A DNA stretch of 64,000 bases from Lepidodermella squamata (GCA_047495785.1 JBLDXI010000013.1:2294001-2358000), one strand, 5' to 3'. Counted from the stretch's first letter, positions 13,965 through 28,381 are shown. A program made the numbers and translations. Notes: a model not told the origin generated them from the letters alone.

Positions 13965-16098
13965 TTAATAACACGATAATGTTTTTAGTAAAACCAAATA
14001 TAATAACGGAATGGCTGAAGTATTTAGACGAGCTGCTGAATTGCTTTTCTTTGTCTTAATCGTTGATATTACTTTGTCGAATATTGAAAGATCTGCATCA
14101 AGTAGTTGCTTACTGGTTAGAACGATTCGATCTTTTTCCGAAAATCGCGGCGCTTTTTTCATGGCTGAACACCGATCAGCTTGCGATCGAATCTGGTAGA
14201 CATCGGCCATTTTATCTGATATTGTCTCTATGGCGGCGAGGTGGAAAACAGCGCCTCTCATGCATGCGCTGCCGAGTAGATTTTGCGTTTGTAAAAATTT
14301 GTAGCACGAGTATGAGCAGGCAAAAGCCGGATAGCCGAGTTGAGGGTCGTTACAATACGTCATGAGACCGCCTTGAAGCGAGTTCTCCCAACGAACCAAA
14401 TCGCTCTGAAATTTCTTCCACTGACAGCCGTCAACTTCATCTTCATTCATAGAGCAAATATCAAACTACAGGAGCGGAAATTAGAAAGAAATAGAAGAAA
14501 TAACCAGGGCCTAACCTTTCCTAGGTTGTCGAGTAAGAGACTGTTGAGACCCTGCGGTCTTGGATGGACATTTAAGTTGGCGAGACACATTTCATCGGCC
14601 GTGTTTTTCCCGAAATATGTCCATTCGTCACGGTCCACTGATTTGTAGACGCATTCAATTTCAATGTTATCACCCGGTTCGATAGTTGGGCTGTCGGAAC
14701 TCGACCAAAACACCATTTTCGGCTTATCATAGGTAACATCGTCATCAACTGAAAATCCCCCATTTAGGAATTATTTGATTTTTTTTGTAAAAATTACTCA
14801 GTGTGATGACTCGGCCGTTTCGTTTTTTGATAATCAGCCTAGCATGAACGCCCAATCTATGCATATGGAAGAGAACTGAAGTGATGTTGTACATAGGATG
14901 AGGCGATAGTGTTCTTAAACTGCACTGCGTTGTTTGAAAAGTTCGCCCGATCACGCGGGTGAGTTGCCTCGAATTCGGCGGAATCGCAATATCCACCTGG
15001 CCGACCTCAACGGAACCAATATGGTACTGTCGCTTTTTCGCCGTGTAATAAAGCTTTAATCCAGATGAATCTTTCACGTCTTTTGTTAACATTGGATTGT
15101 TGTAGTGTATTTGTAGAATGACCCGACCGTAAGCTCCTTTTCCCATTAAAAAGCCTGTGTCGTTGTTGTAGCATCGATTAGGAGCCTAAAACTTCCTATT
15201 ACAACGAAAATTAATGAATTTTCACGATTTTACCCCAAAAGCCCAGGTGATTGAGCTCGAGTAACATTCTTTCGGGATCAAGGGACATTCGTCTGGCCTT
15301 TTGTAACTTCCTGATTGATTCAAAGCAGATTCCTGGCTAGGGGAGTCGCAAATAAATAGCACCAAGTGATGCACAACTTCGATATTGGAAAGAAGGGGCT
15401 CGAACTAAAAATTGAATAAAAAATTTTAAAAAAATTATTTGTTAATTAATCATACTGCAATGATGTGATAATCTTGATCGTTGGGTACAGCGAATTGTTG
15501 GCACATGTAGAGCGTTTCGCTATCGGCCGGCAATGTGACTTGATCGAACCTTAATTCGAGGCTCTTCACATTAGCCTCTCGAACTGGCGGGCACCAGTCG
15601 TCAACAGTAGCATTTAATAACGCCGCGCATGCCGGAATTTTCGCAAGGAAACCATTTTTCAAAGCGCAGCTGGTCGAATTGAGTGGTTCGCAAATGCCAG
15701 GATGGGACAAGAATCGAGTTGCGGCCTGAACTGGAGTTTTGGCCTCAGGTACCCATGTGCAGTTAGGATCGCCCAACTCTTGCCCGTTTGTTAAACCATC
15801 CCCATCGCTATCTTTCATACACAGCTCTCTGGTAAATTTTCGACCAGCGGCGAGAAAATCTCGGCCGAACGAATTCAAAGGTCCGGAACCTAACTGAGAT
15901 TCGTGCCCAACGCCTAAAGCCATACTAATTTGAAATAATTCGTGTCGATTGATTCGGCAAACCTTTCCAGATCAAGTTATCGCCGCAGGGAGATGGCACA
16001 ATATTGCCATTAGGAATTTCCAATTGAAATTGGGGAAGAGGGGCGACCAATCGATTTGTTATAAATGTTATTAATCCGATGAGAATTTGCCGTGACAT
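13965..16098 (-). CDS. Temptin-domain copper type II ascorbate-dependent monooxygenase, copy A (signal peptide, GPI-like tail)
   Basis: IPNG..VPSPC..W.GVGH..DSDGDGLTNGQELGDPNC..SHPGICEP; Cu ligands VVHHL, LQIHYNN, FHMH, DEMC; hydrophobic C-terminus; six exons join in frame. Confidence 0.85.
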
Positions 16099-16659
16099 GA
16101 AAAGCCTTGAAAGTTGTTGTAATAAGGCGTCACCTCCTCTCTGTTGGTGTAATGGGCCGTATAATTGCAAGCTACGGTAGGAAATTAAAAACAAAAAAGT
16201 GGCAACAAAGCCGTGTAGACATAGCGCAGTCGCAGTAGAAAATGTTATTCAAAAGGCATAATTTCTTCTGGTCTCGTGTAAAAAGGCCGCCTGTTTACCT
16301 AGCGCGCGCGGTAAAAGAGGCGCCCTACTGGTGGCGGTGACTCAGGTGAGTCTCTTGTTTTGCGTGGCGCGCGCGCAAATACCCACGCACACTCACACAG
16401 CGGGAAAAGCGACTTTTCTCCAGGTAATATAGCGTTGTGATTAAAGTTGATATATTTGCATCATTACTACTACCTGTTACCAACAGCGGGTCAAATTTAC
16501 CGGTACACTGAGCTGGTAACATTGCGTGCTATGAAAGCGGAAAATAAAAAAAAAAGGCGTCGTTTTTTTTCGACATTTTTTTATTTGTTCTTCACTGCAT
16601 CACCGGCCTGATATTACAGGAAGGCAGATATTATTTTTTCCTTAATCGATCCAAGAAAA

Positions 16660-19044
16660 TTAAAAGACTACTGGGCGAAAATAGGTTATCGCTATAAGAA
16701 CTGCCGAAACACTCCTGAACTGGCGATTCGATTCCGCGCCCGAGATGACTGATCGAGTTGTTTCGTAATAGTAAGTTGTAGTTGTTGTATCTTCCGGTTC
16801 TTCCGTGGTTGTAGTTGTCGCTCTTCTTCGAGTCGTCGTGATGTCATAATCATAAGGATCCAAAGCTCGAGCCGTTTGTCTACGAGTCGTCCTACTTGGA
16901 GCAAGTGTTATTCCCGGGCTCACGTCGCATTGAGTTGGGGCGGGTCGAGAAGGTTGAGAACTGCACTGCGCCGCATAAGTTTGGATTGCGTACACGTCGG
17001 CAGGGTTTTGAATCACCCACCAGCGAGTTGCCATGTAGAAAACCGAACCGCCACGCTCGGTTATACACGGACTGCCAAGCAAACCGTAATTTCTCAGGTA
17101 ACTGTGAGATCAAATGAATAGGATTAAATTGAGTTCCAGAATCGAGTTGTGACCTTATAGCCACCTTAAATTTTCGACTTGAAAAATTGGTAGCAAATTA
17201 AGAAAATTAAAAAATTAAAAATTAAAAATAATAATGATAAAATAATTAATTAAAACAATTAAAAATTAGTTTTGAATACTAATTAATAAAAATCTTAATT
17301 ACTCGTAGCATTTTTGCGAACAAGGTGGCGCCGGATTTGATCGACAGGTGCAAGCACCCTGAAGGCCCCCGTCATTTGCTGAGTACATTTGTCGAAGAGT
17401 CGCATAGAATTGCTCAAGATCGCACTGGCCTATCACGCCCGAGTTCCGCTCACAGCTATCGGTGTCTCCGATATTGTCCAGCATTTGAAACATTTGATTT
17501 TTCGGACGCGGCGTTATGTCCTAGGTTGATTGACGAAATACACTAAATTTTCTTCCAACCAAAAAAACTCACCATAAAAGCCATGCACATCTCATCTTGA
17601 GTTGACCCGCCAAAGTAGGTCCATTTGTTTCGAGTCGTCGAGTCATACCGGCACTCAATTTCCCAATTATCTCCCGGCTCAACAACTATAGCTTGGGAAA
17701 GGGGCCAAGTGGTGATTGGCGGGCGGTCGTAGGTGACTGGTTTGTCGAGAAGGGTGATCTTTTGACCCGAATTTCCCTTGGTCAGAACAACCTTGCCGTA
17801 GACACCCAATTTATGCGCGTGGAAAATCATAGAAGTGACGTTGTACGAGGCAGCTGGGCTGAAACTCGACCGGCTGCATTGCGTCGACCGGAAACCACGG
17901 CCATAGACGCTGGTTGATTTAGTCTGAGGTGGAATTCGAATATCTTGCTGGCCAATCGCAAACATGGCGTTGTCATTTTTCCGCTGTCGGGGAATGTAGT
18001 AGATCCTGACGCCAGACGAATCACGAATGCCTGTTCTCAGCATCGGGTTGTTGTAGTGAATCTGCAAAATGACTGTTTGGTAGTAGCTTCTGCCGAATGG
18101 TATCCCGATGGAGGAATCGTAGCAGCGACTTCCGTGACCGAAGGCCCAAACAAGAGCAGCAGAACCACAGGCTGTCAAAAAATTGATAACATTGAACGTT
18201 TTAAATTAAATTTCGAACCTGGGGTTAAGGGGCATTCTTTAACGTTTTGATACCCTCCTTCAGTCTTTAGAGCTTCGAAATCAGTGGCAATATCGCAAAC
18301 GTATAGAATTAGGTGGTGAACGAATTCAATGTTGTCAATAATTGGCTCGAACTGAAATTCGGAAAAGGTAACTCTTTACTGTAAGAAAGGGATTAGAAAC
18401 CTTACCGCGATAATCTGGTAGTCCTTATCATGAGGTACAGTTATTTCCTGGCAGAGGTAAACAGTTTCCTGAGGCGAAAGTGGAGCACTGTTGTATCTTA
18501 TCTCCATTGACTTGACATTTGCACCTCTAATACCGGGGCACCAATTGCTGCCGGCTGGATTAATAGGCCCTGAACCCATAGTCATCCCACTGTCAGAGTT
18601 GTCAGAGTTGTCCATACTAGTACCAGTTTTGCCTTGACATGCCGGAAGCCTCGATAGGAATGCGTTATTCGATTGGCATTTCACTGAATTGATTGGTTCG
18701 CAGACACCAGGGTGCGATAGGCTGGTCGATCGAGGCGGACGGGTGCCTGGCTGCCATGTACAGTTCGGGTCACCCAATTCCTCCCCGTTCGACTTGCCGT
18801 CACCATCGGAGTCAATTTGGCAAAGAGCTACTGTCCAAACATTTCCCTGTGCGTTGAAATCTAACCCGAACTGATTCCGCGGCCCGTTACCAATAGATAA
18901 CTCATGCCCAACCCCCGGCCATGTGGATAGGGGATCGCAGGGGTTTGGTACGTTTCGACCATTCGGGATTTTATCCTGAAAAGCCGGGTAGCCGATAGCT
19001 GGCAATAGCACGGCTGATAAAATCGAAAGTCTAATGGCCAGCAT
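16660..19044 (-). CDS. Temptin-domain copper monooxygenase, copy B (Thr-rich stalk, GPI-like tail)
   Basis: Signal peptide, temptin motifs, FVHHL, LQIHYNN, FHAH, QDEMC, Cys-rich domain, then TTTTTEEPEDTTTTT and a hydrophobic end. Confidence 0.85.
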
Positions 19045-19350
19045 CGCGCAAAACTGCTGGTTTCAGTTCGAATAAAGAGTGGTAGAATGAGTAGGTCCTT
19101 CAGTGCTTTTCGGTTAAAGTCGCGCAAAACACCTACATGTTTGAATAACCTGCCTTTTTTTTATAGTCGCCACGCTGTTTGCGAAGTCGCGCGGAGACGC
19201 GACCTAACAAAGTTACCGAATCGCGAAAATCACGCACCGGCACAACACGAACTCAGAAAAACCCGAGTTTTTCTTAATCATGGTTTATTAAATCATCATA
19301 AATAAGGCCAGATGAATGCTGATTGATGTCTTACATCATTAAAGAACCGC

Positions 19351-21271
19351 TTAGAATAACCTGGCCAGACAAGGAATTAGTGCAAAAGATGCAATCAGCA
19401 CAGAGTCTGCGAATCTCAAACTGGCTGAGCTTTTCGCTCTGAAGCATTTTTCACTTGAAGGAGGTGGGCTAGACCGTTTCATGCATTGCGCCATTTGTGA
19501 ATAGGACCGATGAAGAACTTCGGCATCGTCATACCATGGTCTCATACCAATTTGGAAATATTCGTCCCGTGCAAGGCACGGTTCATTCAACAAATCGTAC
19601 TTCTTAAGAGCTTCGTAGCATGCAGATGTGCAACCCTCCGCCGGGTAGACGTCTTCACAGCCACAGGCGCCGATAAGTTCCTTGGTTCCCGCTGAGGCAA
19701 CGGGCGGTACGCCGAATTCTTGCCCGATCTTCTGATGAAAACTCTGATAGAAGCAATCACCATAACCCCAGGCGCCATTCGACGGTGTGCAAGGATTTAT
19801 GTCACCCGTGCTGGCAAGCATGCTGAAAACTGATTCTCGTGGCCTAGGGTAAACTAAAAATAAAAGGACCAGTGTGATATAACGTCCTATCGTCGCTGAT
19901 AAACTTACTATCGATGAAGTAATAACACATCTCATCCGAAGTTTGAGACCCGAAAAAGCTCCACTTATCCTTGTTCAGTGTGTTGAAGCCGCATGTTACG
20001 CTGATTTCATCACCTGGTTCGATGATAACTCGGTTATTACCTGTCCAAATAGCTGTTTTCGGTCTGTCGTAGGTCAAAGCTTCGTCGACAAGAATCATCG
20101 AATAACCCGCCTTCTTCTTGTTTAACACCAAACGGCCGTAGCTTCCCTGTTTATGTATGTGAATCAGAAGGGACAAAAGGTAGTAGTTTTGGCTCGGCTG
20201 AAGAAGGTTTTGAGTGCATTCAGAGGATAAGGTGCTGGTTACTTCGGTGCTGTATGTTTTCGGCGGAATGCGCAGGAACTGGTCTCCGAGGCCAATGAGA
20301 CCCTTCGCAATGGTACGCTTCTTTTTCTGGTAGTAGATTCTCACCCCAGAGCTGTCGACGAAGCCAGATTTTCTTCCATCGTTGTTGTAGTGATGCTGAA
20401 GTACAACTTGTTTGTAATCAGTGTTCATGCCGAAGGGAATGCTGATATCGGCGGGGTAGCATTGACCGGTTATTCCGTAGGCCCACACAATCATCATGGA
20501 ACCACAGATTAATGGAAGCATACGGCATTTTTGAGCGTTCTTCTTCGCTTCCTCAATTTCAGGAATCGCTTTTAAGAAAGTCACAATAGATCAACATGAA
20601 ATTGACTTAATAAGTATTCACTTACGAGGTACCCAAGTGCAGCCGAATACGATCATGTGATGAAAAATCGCGCGATTGTCAATAATCGGTTCCCACGCAA
20701 TGATTTCATACTCATCGTCCGAAGGCATATCAAAAAATTGGCACATGTATTGAGTTTCTTCGTCCGTCAATGCAACTTTATTGTACTTCATCTCCATAGT
20801 TTTAACACCGTCTTCCGCTGTTGAAGGACACCAGGAAGAGGTGGCTGGGGTAGTTTTACCAAGAGCAGCGCACTGAACCAAGAATGTGTTTTTGGTCGTA
20901 CACTTGGGGTCATTAAGTGGCTCGCAGATTCCTGGGTGAGAAAGCTTGCTAGTGTCTGTTACAGCCGGCTGGGCTCCCGTGGTCCAAACGCAGTCTGGAT
21001 CACCAAGCTCTTCACCGTTCGTTTTGCCATCACCATCACTGTCCTGTTTACATAAAGCTTGCGTCCATTTTCTGCCATTGGCATCGAATGCTGCTCCGAA
21101 AGGATTTCGAGGGCCGCCACCCAGACGGTCCTCATGGCCGACACCTACCCATATAGATTTCCCATCATCGCAAGGATCTGGAACGCTTTTCCCATTAGGA
21201 ATATCATCACGAAAGTTCTCGAAACCGAGTGACGACGTAACAAGCAATGCATGCAGTATTAAAAACTTCAT
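19351..21271 (-). CDS. Temptin-domain copper monooxygenase, copy C
   Basis: MKFLILHALLVTSSLG signal; DSDGDGKTNGEELGDP; IFHHM, LQHHY, IHIH, SDEMC; tail SSASLRFADSVLIASFALIPCLARLF. Confidence 0.87.
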
Positions 21272-22020
21272 TATCGGCTATTTTAACGTACTGCTTAATG
21301 CTATCACTCCTTCTTAGTGTCTCATTTATAACCTCCGCTATCACAGCTGGTATCTCTTTTAACCCGACAAAACCACACAAATGATACGACAAGGACTGGG
21401 CGTATTGCAAGTTGAACGCGTGAATAAGGATCGGCCCACTTCGATGGGCGTGGCAAAGTTATCATTTGAAGTTTTTCGAGCTATCCCTGTCGTCGCTGAA
21501 CTATAAAAGATGGAAGATATCTAATCCGGACTTTGCCTAAAACGGACCATTTTGAATGGCTCCACCCCGAAAACGGAATCGCTAAATCGTACTAGTGCCC
21601 AACACCGGACCTAGTGTGGGTTCTTTTTTAGTCCGGCTGAGGCATGAAATGGTGAATTTTATATTTCGAGAAGGATATATGGATTTTTTATTTGGAGAAA
21701 TGTCTGCCTAAAAGACACACCTTGAAATTTGTATATGCTTGATCCTGGATTTTGTTTGGCGCGACCCGAGTCCGGGGTAAGACAACGTTCACTGTATAGG
21801 TAGGTGGCAGCCTTAAGCTGCTAACTTATCTAATGGTTCCAGCTAATTCTGATGTTTATTCAAATGCTCAATTGATATGTCAAATTTAAATCGGAGAAGA
21901 TATGCAATTAAATAAAAATCAGTATGATTTCACGTAAAGTTTCACAGGCTACCTAATTCTTTTATTTATTGATTTAATCCATTAATCTTGGATTAACAGA
22001 TATTGTTTATTTAGTTTTCT

Positions 22021-23968
22021 TTACGGCATTGCAGTAAAAGCAAAGAGGGTTACGAGCAGAACAGATGCGGGTAGGCTCGCCAATGTGGACGAGACACCAC
22101 CTTTCAGCTGAATGTAACACTTCTCGCTGGGCGAAGGTACAGTCTTCAGCTTCTTACATTGTTCGATCTGCGAGTACGACCGGTGAAGCACTTCAGAATC
22201 GTCGAACCACATTCGTAGACCAGACTGGAAGATAACATCACTCTTTAGACATGGCTCTTGCAGTAGATCCAGCTTTTGTAGCGTAGAGTAGCAAGTAGCG
22301 GAACAACTCTCAGCTGGATACTTTTCGTTGCACGCGCATGCATTCATCAGTTCCAGGGAGGTATTTGAAGCTTTCGGTGGTATGTTGTAGTCTAGATTCA
22401 ATTTTTTATGCAGCTTCTCAAAGCTGCAGTCTCCAAAGCCCCATCCGCCAGTGCTAGAACTCTGGGGTGTACAAGCGTCTATATCGGACATGCTTGCCAG
22501 GTTAGTGAAGACGGAGCTTGAAAAAATTCTGGGATAAACTGGTAAGAGGTCGCCGTTTACAAATTGAAAAATAAAAGAAACCGAAGGACTTACTATCGAC
22601 GAAAAAGTAGCACATTTCATCCGATGTTTGCGAGCCAAAGAAACTCCAATTATTTTTGTTCTGGGTATTATACCCACAGGTCACCGTTAATTCATCACCA
22701 GCTTCCAACAAAACCTGATGATTACCAGTCCATTCCGCGGTTTTCGGCCTGTCGTAGGTCAATGCTTCATCGACTAGGATGATAGAATAACCGGCTTTCT
22801 TCTTGTTGAGAATGATTCGAGAATAAGTGCCCTGTTTGTGCATGTGCACCAACAACGAGATAAGATTGTAGTTTTGATTCGGTCTCAACATTTTCGTCGT
22901 GCATTCCGATGACCAAACGCTGGTGATGTCGGTTTGCAAAGTATTCGGCGGTATCCTTAGGTAATTTTCTCCAAGAAAAATGATCCCCTTGGCGATAGGC
23001 CTTTGCTTCTTCTGGTAGTAGATTTTAACACCGGAATTGTCGATGTAACCAGGTTTCCTAGCGTCATTATTATAGTGATGCTGAAGAACAACTTGAGGGA
23101 ATCCACTTCGCTTTCCAAACGGAATGCTAAGATCGGTAGGATAACATTGGCCATTTATTCCGTACGACCAAACAATCATGGGCGATCCGCAAGTGAACAA
23201 GGTCATTCGACACTTGATCGCTGTTTTCTTCGCCGCCTCAATTACATCAGGCATAGCTAGAAGGAGATTTAATAGGAAGTGCTATCTTAAAAACTGCTGG
23301 CAAAACATACGGGGCAGAGATGACGGGCATCCAAAGACAATCATGTGATGGAAAATTGCTCGGTTATCGATTATGGGCTCCCATGCGATGATTTCATACT
23401 CATCATCAGATGGCAGATCAAACAGTTGGCACATGTATTGAGTTTCATCGGTTGTTAGCGCAACGTTTTTGTACTGCAAGACGATTGACTGCACGCCGGC
23501 GTCCGAGGTCGCTGGACACCATTTAGAAGTCGCTGGGGTTGTTTTACCCAGAGCAGCGCATTGAGTGAGGAAGGTGTTCTTCGGCATGCATTTCGGATCG
23601 TCCAGTGGTTCACATACCCCAGGATGAGATAGTTCTTTCGGGTTAGTGATGGCTGGCTGTGCTCCCTTGACCCAGACACAGTTTGGATCACCAAGCTCCT
23701 GGCCGTTAGTTTTACCATCCCCGTCACTGTCTTGTTTGCAAAGATCAGTGGTCCATTTCTTTCCACTGGCGTAGAAAGCAGATCCGAAAGAGTTGCGAGG
23801 ACCGCCACCCCGAGAATCTTCATGGCCTACACCGGACCACATTGTCTGACCATTATCACAAGGATTCGGAACGTTGTTGCCATTGGGAATGTCATCTTTA
23901 AAATTTTCAAAAGCTTTGGCCTCTTTGACGACCAAAACTAAGGCGGTAAGAAGAAATATGGATTTCAT
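22021..23968 (-). CDS. Temptin-domain copper monooxygenase, copy D (close paralog of C)
   Basis: MKSIFLLTALVLVV signal; IFHHM, LQHHY, VHMH, SDEMC; GPI-like tail; same intron pattern as copy C. Confidence 0.87.
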
Positions 23969-24249
23969 TCTGTGGTTTGTTTCAGCTATACCGTTAAGAT
24001 TACCGCTATACGGCCGAGTTTTATAGCCCTTATCATCTATTTTAATCGCACCGCGTTTGATACCGATATTTTCTTGCCAATATAAATGCATACTCGTGAA
24101 TCAGAATGGGGTCATTATGACGTGAATCACTGTTCTTCCTCGATAATGGCCGCGCCCAAATTTAGTATCATTTCAGACACAAATTGTGAAGAGTTGATCC
24201 TTTTTATTCAAAAATCCTGTGCACTTATTTTGAAGCAATGTGACTCAGT

Positions 24250-26135
24250 CTACATCAGAGAAGCCAGGCTCAAATTAGGGGCAACCATTTTAGCAAGCTC
24301 CTTGATATCGCGCAAAATAGACATAAGGAGTGAATCCGCAGATCGGCTTGGTGGCTGAATACTTCCATCACACATTTGGCCTTCCGGGGGCGGCGATGTA
24401 AGCTTGACACACTGTTCCAGTTGGCCTCTAATCGAATATTGAGTCGGCCAGTCACCAGGGGCGATACCTAAAAGATGGATAATGGATCCCTGTAGGCAGT
24501 TGGTGTGGTTCAAAAAGCCAGCTCGGTTCAAGAAATTGTAACACCTGCTGGAGCAGGCAGGCGATGGGTAACCAGACGAGCAGTAACAGTCCCTCTCGAA
24601 ACTTCCTAAATTATTCACCTTAGTGTAGTTCAAGAGGTTTCGGAACGCGAGTCTCGAGCAATTTTTCAACGTCATAACTTCGCGAGCTGTGCACTGATCG
24701 AATTCGCCGATGTCGGTGGATCCCGCGCCTAGAATGTTATTAACCCATGGTGATATCTCAAAGATGGCCAAGCACATTTCATCCTGAGTGCTCTCTCCGA
24801 ATGTTGTGTACTTGGTTCTTCCCATTGTGTTATAGCGACATTCGATAGACAACGCATCTCCACCTTCAATTTCTACAGTGTTATTGCCGTGATATTGAAC
24901 CAAAGCTGGCATGTCGTATTCGATAGCCCTGTCGAGCAGAGTGATAACTTGACCGGACTTTTTCTTCAAAATCAGCTTGCCGTAGTTGCCAAGCTTATGC
25001 ATGTGGAACAGCATGGATTGCAAATTGTAGGTATTGTTACCGAAAGTTTTAGCACTGCAGCTGCCTTTCACTCCATCACCCTTAACAACGGTCAATTCAG
25101 TCTTTGGTGGCAATATAACGTCCATGTTTCCGACTACGAAACTGCCAATCAGATTTTTGCGTTCCTTCTTCTGATAATACATGACGATTCCAGACGAGTC
25201 GACGTAGTAGTCCTTCATCTCAGGATTGTTGTAGTGAAGCTGGAGAATGGTTTTGTTGTAGTAGTTCTTGCCGAAGGGGATAGCGCGATCCTCATCATAA
25301 CAACGAGGCGGAACTCCGAATGCCCAGACAACAGAGTAACTCGTGCAGGCCGGGGCCATTGGGCAGACAACAGGATCTTTGTACCAGTCCTTGCCCATCG
25401 CCTTGTAACGCATTAGCTCATCGGGGCGGGAACATGTGTACGAAACCAAGTGATGCATGATCTCGACGTTGTCAATAAAAGGTTCCCACTAATAAAAAGA
25501 CAACAAATGCATAACTCTTCAATCTTCAGAAGATAACTTACAGCAATGATTTCATAGTCTTGATCGTCAGGGAAAGTGAACTCCTGACACATGTAGGATG
25601 TATCATTCGCTGGAACCTTTGTCTGCTTGAATCGGAATACCAGCTTTTGAACACCAGGTCGGTTAATAGCCGGGCACCACTCTGTCTTATTGAAATACTC
25701 CGAGCAGTGGTCACTCGACTCCAAAAAGGCATTCTTCTCCTTGCATGCCGGTGTGTCAAGAGGTTCACAAACACCGGGATGGCTGAGCTTGGCGTAATTG
25801 GTGACACTAGGTGCTGCCCCGGGTGTCCAAACACAACCTGGATCTCCAAGCTCCTCACCATTAGTGCGACCATCTCCGTCACTGTCGAGCTTGCAAAGCG
25901 ATTTCGTCCATGCCTTGCCATTCTTCAGGAAATCTCGTCCAAACAGGTTGAAGGGGCCAGCTCCAAACTGGCTTTGATGGCCAACGCCCAGCCATGTCTC
26001 ATTGCGGTTGCAAGGGTGGGGTACTCGTAACCCATTGGGTATTTGTTCAGTAAAAAACTTGTAAGATACTGCAAGATTAACACAGGCCGCGAACACCGCG
26101 ACCTTCAGCAAATTTCTGAGTAAATTACTCTTCAT
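24250..26135 (-). CDS. Temptin-domain copper monooxygenase, copy E (one intron, no hydrophobic tail, many N-X-S/T sites)
   Basis: MKSNLL...AVFAACVNLAVS signal; temptin motifs; IMHHL, LQLHYNN, FHMH, QDEMC; C-terminus LLMSILRDIKELAKMVAPNLSLASLM contains charged residues. Confidence 0.87.
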
Positions 26136-26880
26136 TTCAGACACGTATTCGTTTACTCTGATGATCCATCGAGGATTTACCTGGCTTTTAAGCTCGTTTT
26201 TTTTCTTGCTTGTTTTTTTGTCTTGTCGTGTGCGGATCAAAAAGTTTTTTCTACGCATTCTTCTTGCCCTGGCGATGAACTCGTGCAAGCCGGCTTGAAT
26301 CGCTTTCACGGACTTGGAAGGTAAAACAACCAAGAAGCTTAGAAAACTGCTAAATTCAGTATTCAATCCTCTACACGCGGCCGTGGGCTGCGTTAATAGG
26401 TGTTATTAGCCAGAAACTTCTCGAAGGCCCTTGTCTGTTATGAAAATTTGGCCGTATAAAGAAGACGCAAGGCAGAGCCAATTTTTAATTATTGATACTC
26501 CAAGTAAGACATTACATTTAATAGGTCACCAAATATACCTAATAGAATGTATCCGATGCGTCAGTATAATATGACTTGTTGGCTACTTCCAATTGCTTTT
26601 AATGGTTTTGTGTTCTCTGAATGACACTGAACACTGAGATTCATCAACTGGATTGAATGGTTATAATATCTATACGAGACATACACGGCAGTGCATGTGA
26701 ATCACACGTGAAATTATCTTATCTCCCGCCATTTTTATCAGGCGCTCGCGCTTGAAATGACAGAGGAAGAGGAAACGTATGTCAAAAAAATATTAGACAA
26801 TTTGTCAAACCGGTTAAGGCTCGTATTAGGTCGTGGTTAGTTACAGCCCGTGAACTTCTACCGAAACTAGGACGAACAAA

Positions 26881-28182
26881 ATGCCTCGAGTTCTAATTAT
26901 TGGCGCCGGAGTTTCTGGTCTGCTCACCTTATACACCTTGAAACGCGAGTCAACCAGCCACGAAATCACTTTCAAATGTTACGAAAGGGGTACGCAACTC
27001 GGAGGTGATTGGTTATTCGACGAACGCGTTGGAAACGATGAATACGGCTTGCCTATTCACACGAGTATGTACCGGGGCATGCGGACTAATGCTCCGAAAG
27101 ACATGATGAACCTGCACCCAGACTTCAAATGGCCGAGTGATGTTCCGACTTTCCCAACCCGCGAAATGGTTCTCGACTACATCAACAGCTTCGCAAGCAA
27201 ATTTGGCCTTGAACGATACGTATCTTACAACACACATGTCGAAAATGTTGATTTTGATGATAACAGCCAGACCTTCGTCGTTACATCGAAAGATCTCCCC
27301 AGCGGAGAGATTAGCGTTGAATCATTTGACTACGTGGTTATTTGTGTTGGTCGTCATTCGAAGCCATACATTCCGAAAAATTGCGATTTGACTAAATTTA
27401 CTGGGCAAGTGATGCATTATCATGATCTGAAAGACCCGATGAATATTGCTGGTAAGAAAGTTCTGGTAGTTGGAGCAGCTTTCGGTGCCATAGACATGTG
27501 CCTTCATTTGCGACAATACGCCGCTTCCTTATCAGTTTCTACGAATGGACTAGGCAAACGGATACCATTTTTCATTACTCAGCTCGGTTTGAAAAACTAT
27601 GCATCTATTTCAAGAGGAGACGGTAAAACCGTTGAATTTGCGAGTGGCGAAACTCTGGAAGATGTCGACGTTATCTTATTCGCAACTGGCTTCACCCAAG
27701 AGCAACCTTTAGCCAGTAAGATTCAGCTAGACCTTGATGGTTATTCAAAATTGGTATTCCCCCTCTACAAACACGTTGTACATCCTAAATGTCCGAGGCT
27801 TTTATTTGTTGGTAAAAGTCGAATCACGTTTTTCCTCTACGCAATTCAAGCGGAATTTGTTTCCCGAGTTATAACCGGTGAGATTAAACTGCCGAGTTCT
27901 GAGGAAATGCTTGCGAGTATCGAGGCTTTCAAACAGAAATACGACGGGCCGCATGTTATTGAGCACAACTTTTTCCTGCGCCAGGCGAGGATGGGCTATG
28001 CTCTAGGGGTCGAAATGGCTCAGGCAATGGGCATCGAAGGACCGCCAAGTTACAGCCTAGCTTTGTTTGATGCTTATGTTGACATGATGGGCAAGCATTT
28101 GATTGATTATCACAACTTTACGGTTAAGGTAATACGTGAGCCTGGTAGCGATGTTGAAAAGGTGGAATTTGTGAAACATTGA
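26881..28182 (+). CDS. Flavin-containing monooxygenase (class B FMO), intronless, soluble
   Basis: GAGVSG FAD motif, GGDW...SMYRGMRTNAPK, FTGQVMHYHDL (FMO fingerprint variant), VVGAAFGA, FATG; no C-terminal TM. Confidence 0.92.
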   Translation: MPRVLIIGAGVSGLLTLYTLKRESTSHEITFKCYERGTQLGGDWLFDERVGNDEYGLPIHTSMYRGMRTNAPKDMMNLHPDFKWPSDVPTFPTREMVLDYINSFASKFGLERYVSYNTHVENVDFDDNSQTFVVTSKDLPSGEISVESFDYVVICVGRHSKPYIPKNCDLTKFTGQVMHYHDLKDPMNIAGKKVLVVGAAFGAIDMCLHLRQYAASLSVSTNGLGKRIPFFITQLGLKNYASISRGDGKTVEFASGETLEDVDVILFATGFTQEQPLASKIQLDLDGYSKLVFPLYKHVVHPKCPRLLFVGKSRITFFLYAIQAEFVSRVITGEIKLPSSEEMLASIEAFKQKYDGPHVIEHNFFLRQARMGYALGVEMAQAMGIEGPPSYSLALFDAYVDMMGKHLIDYHNFTVKVIREPGSDVEKVEFVKH

Positions 28183-28381
28183 TTATCCATAATTGTGAGT
28201 AAATATCATTAATCGATTAATTGGAATTTGCCTGCGGGGACAATAAATGAGTACTTCCGTGATGTTCATAAGCTTTTCAGGGAGCCTTTTGTAAACATAA
28301 AAACCGGAAGCAGTGATTATTAGTGCATTTGGAATAGCCAATTGTCCGCTTTTGCAAAATTAGTCTTTATCAACCTTCAGG

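Noticed and set aside
26881-28182. Bacterial contamination or recent horizontal transfer of the FMO
   Set aside because: Composition matches neighbours, it sits among spliced genes, and similar soluble FMOs occur in invertebrates; a phylogeny would be needed.
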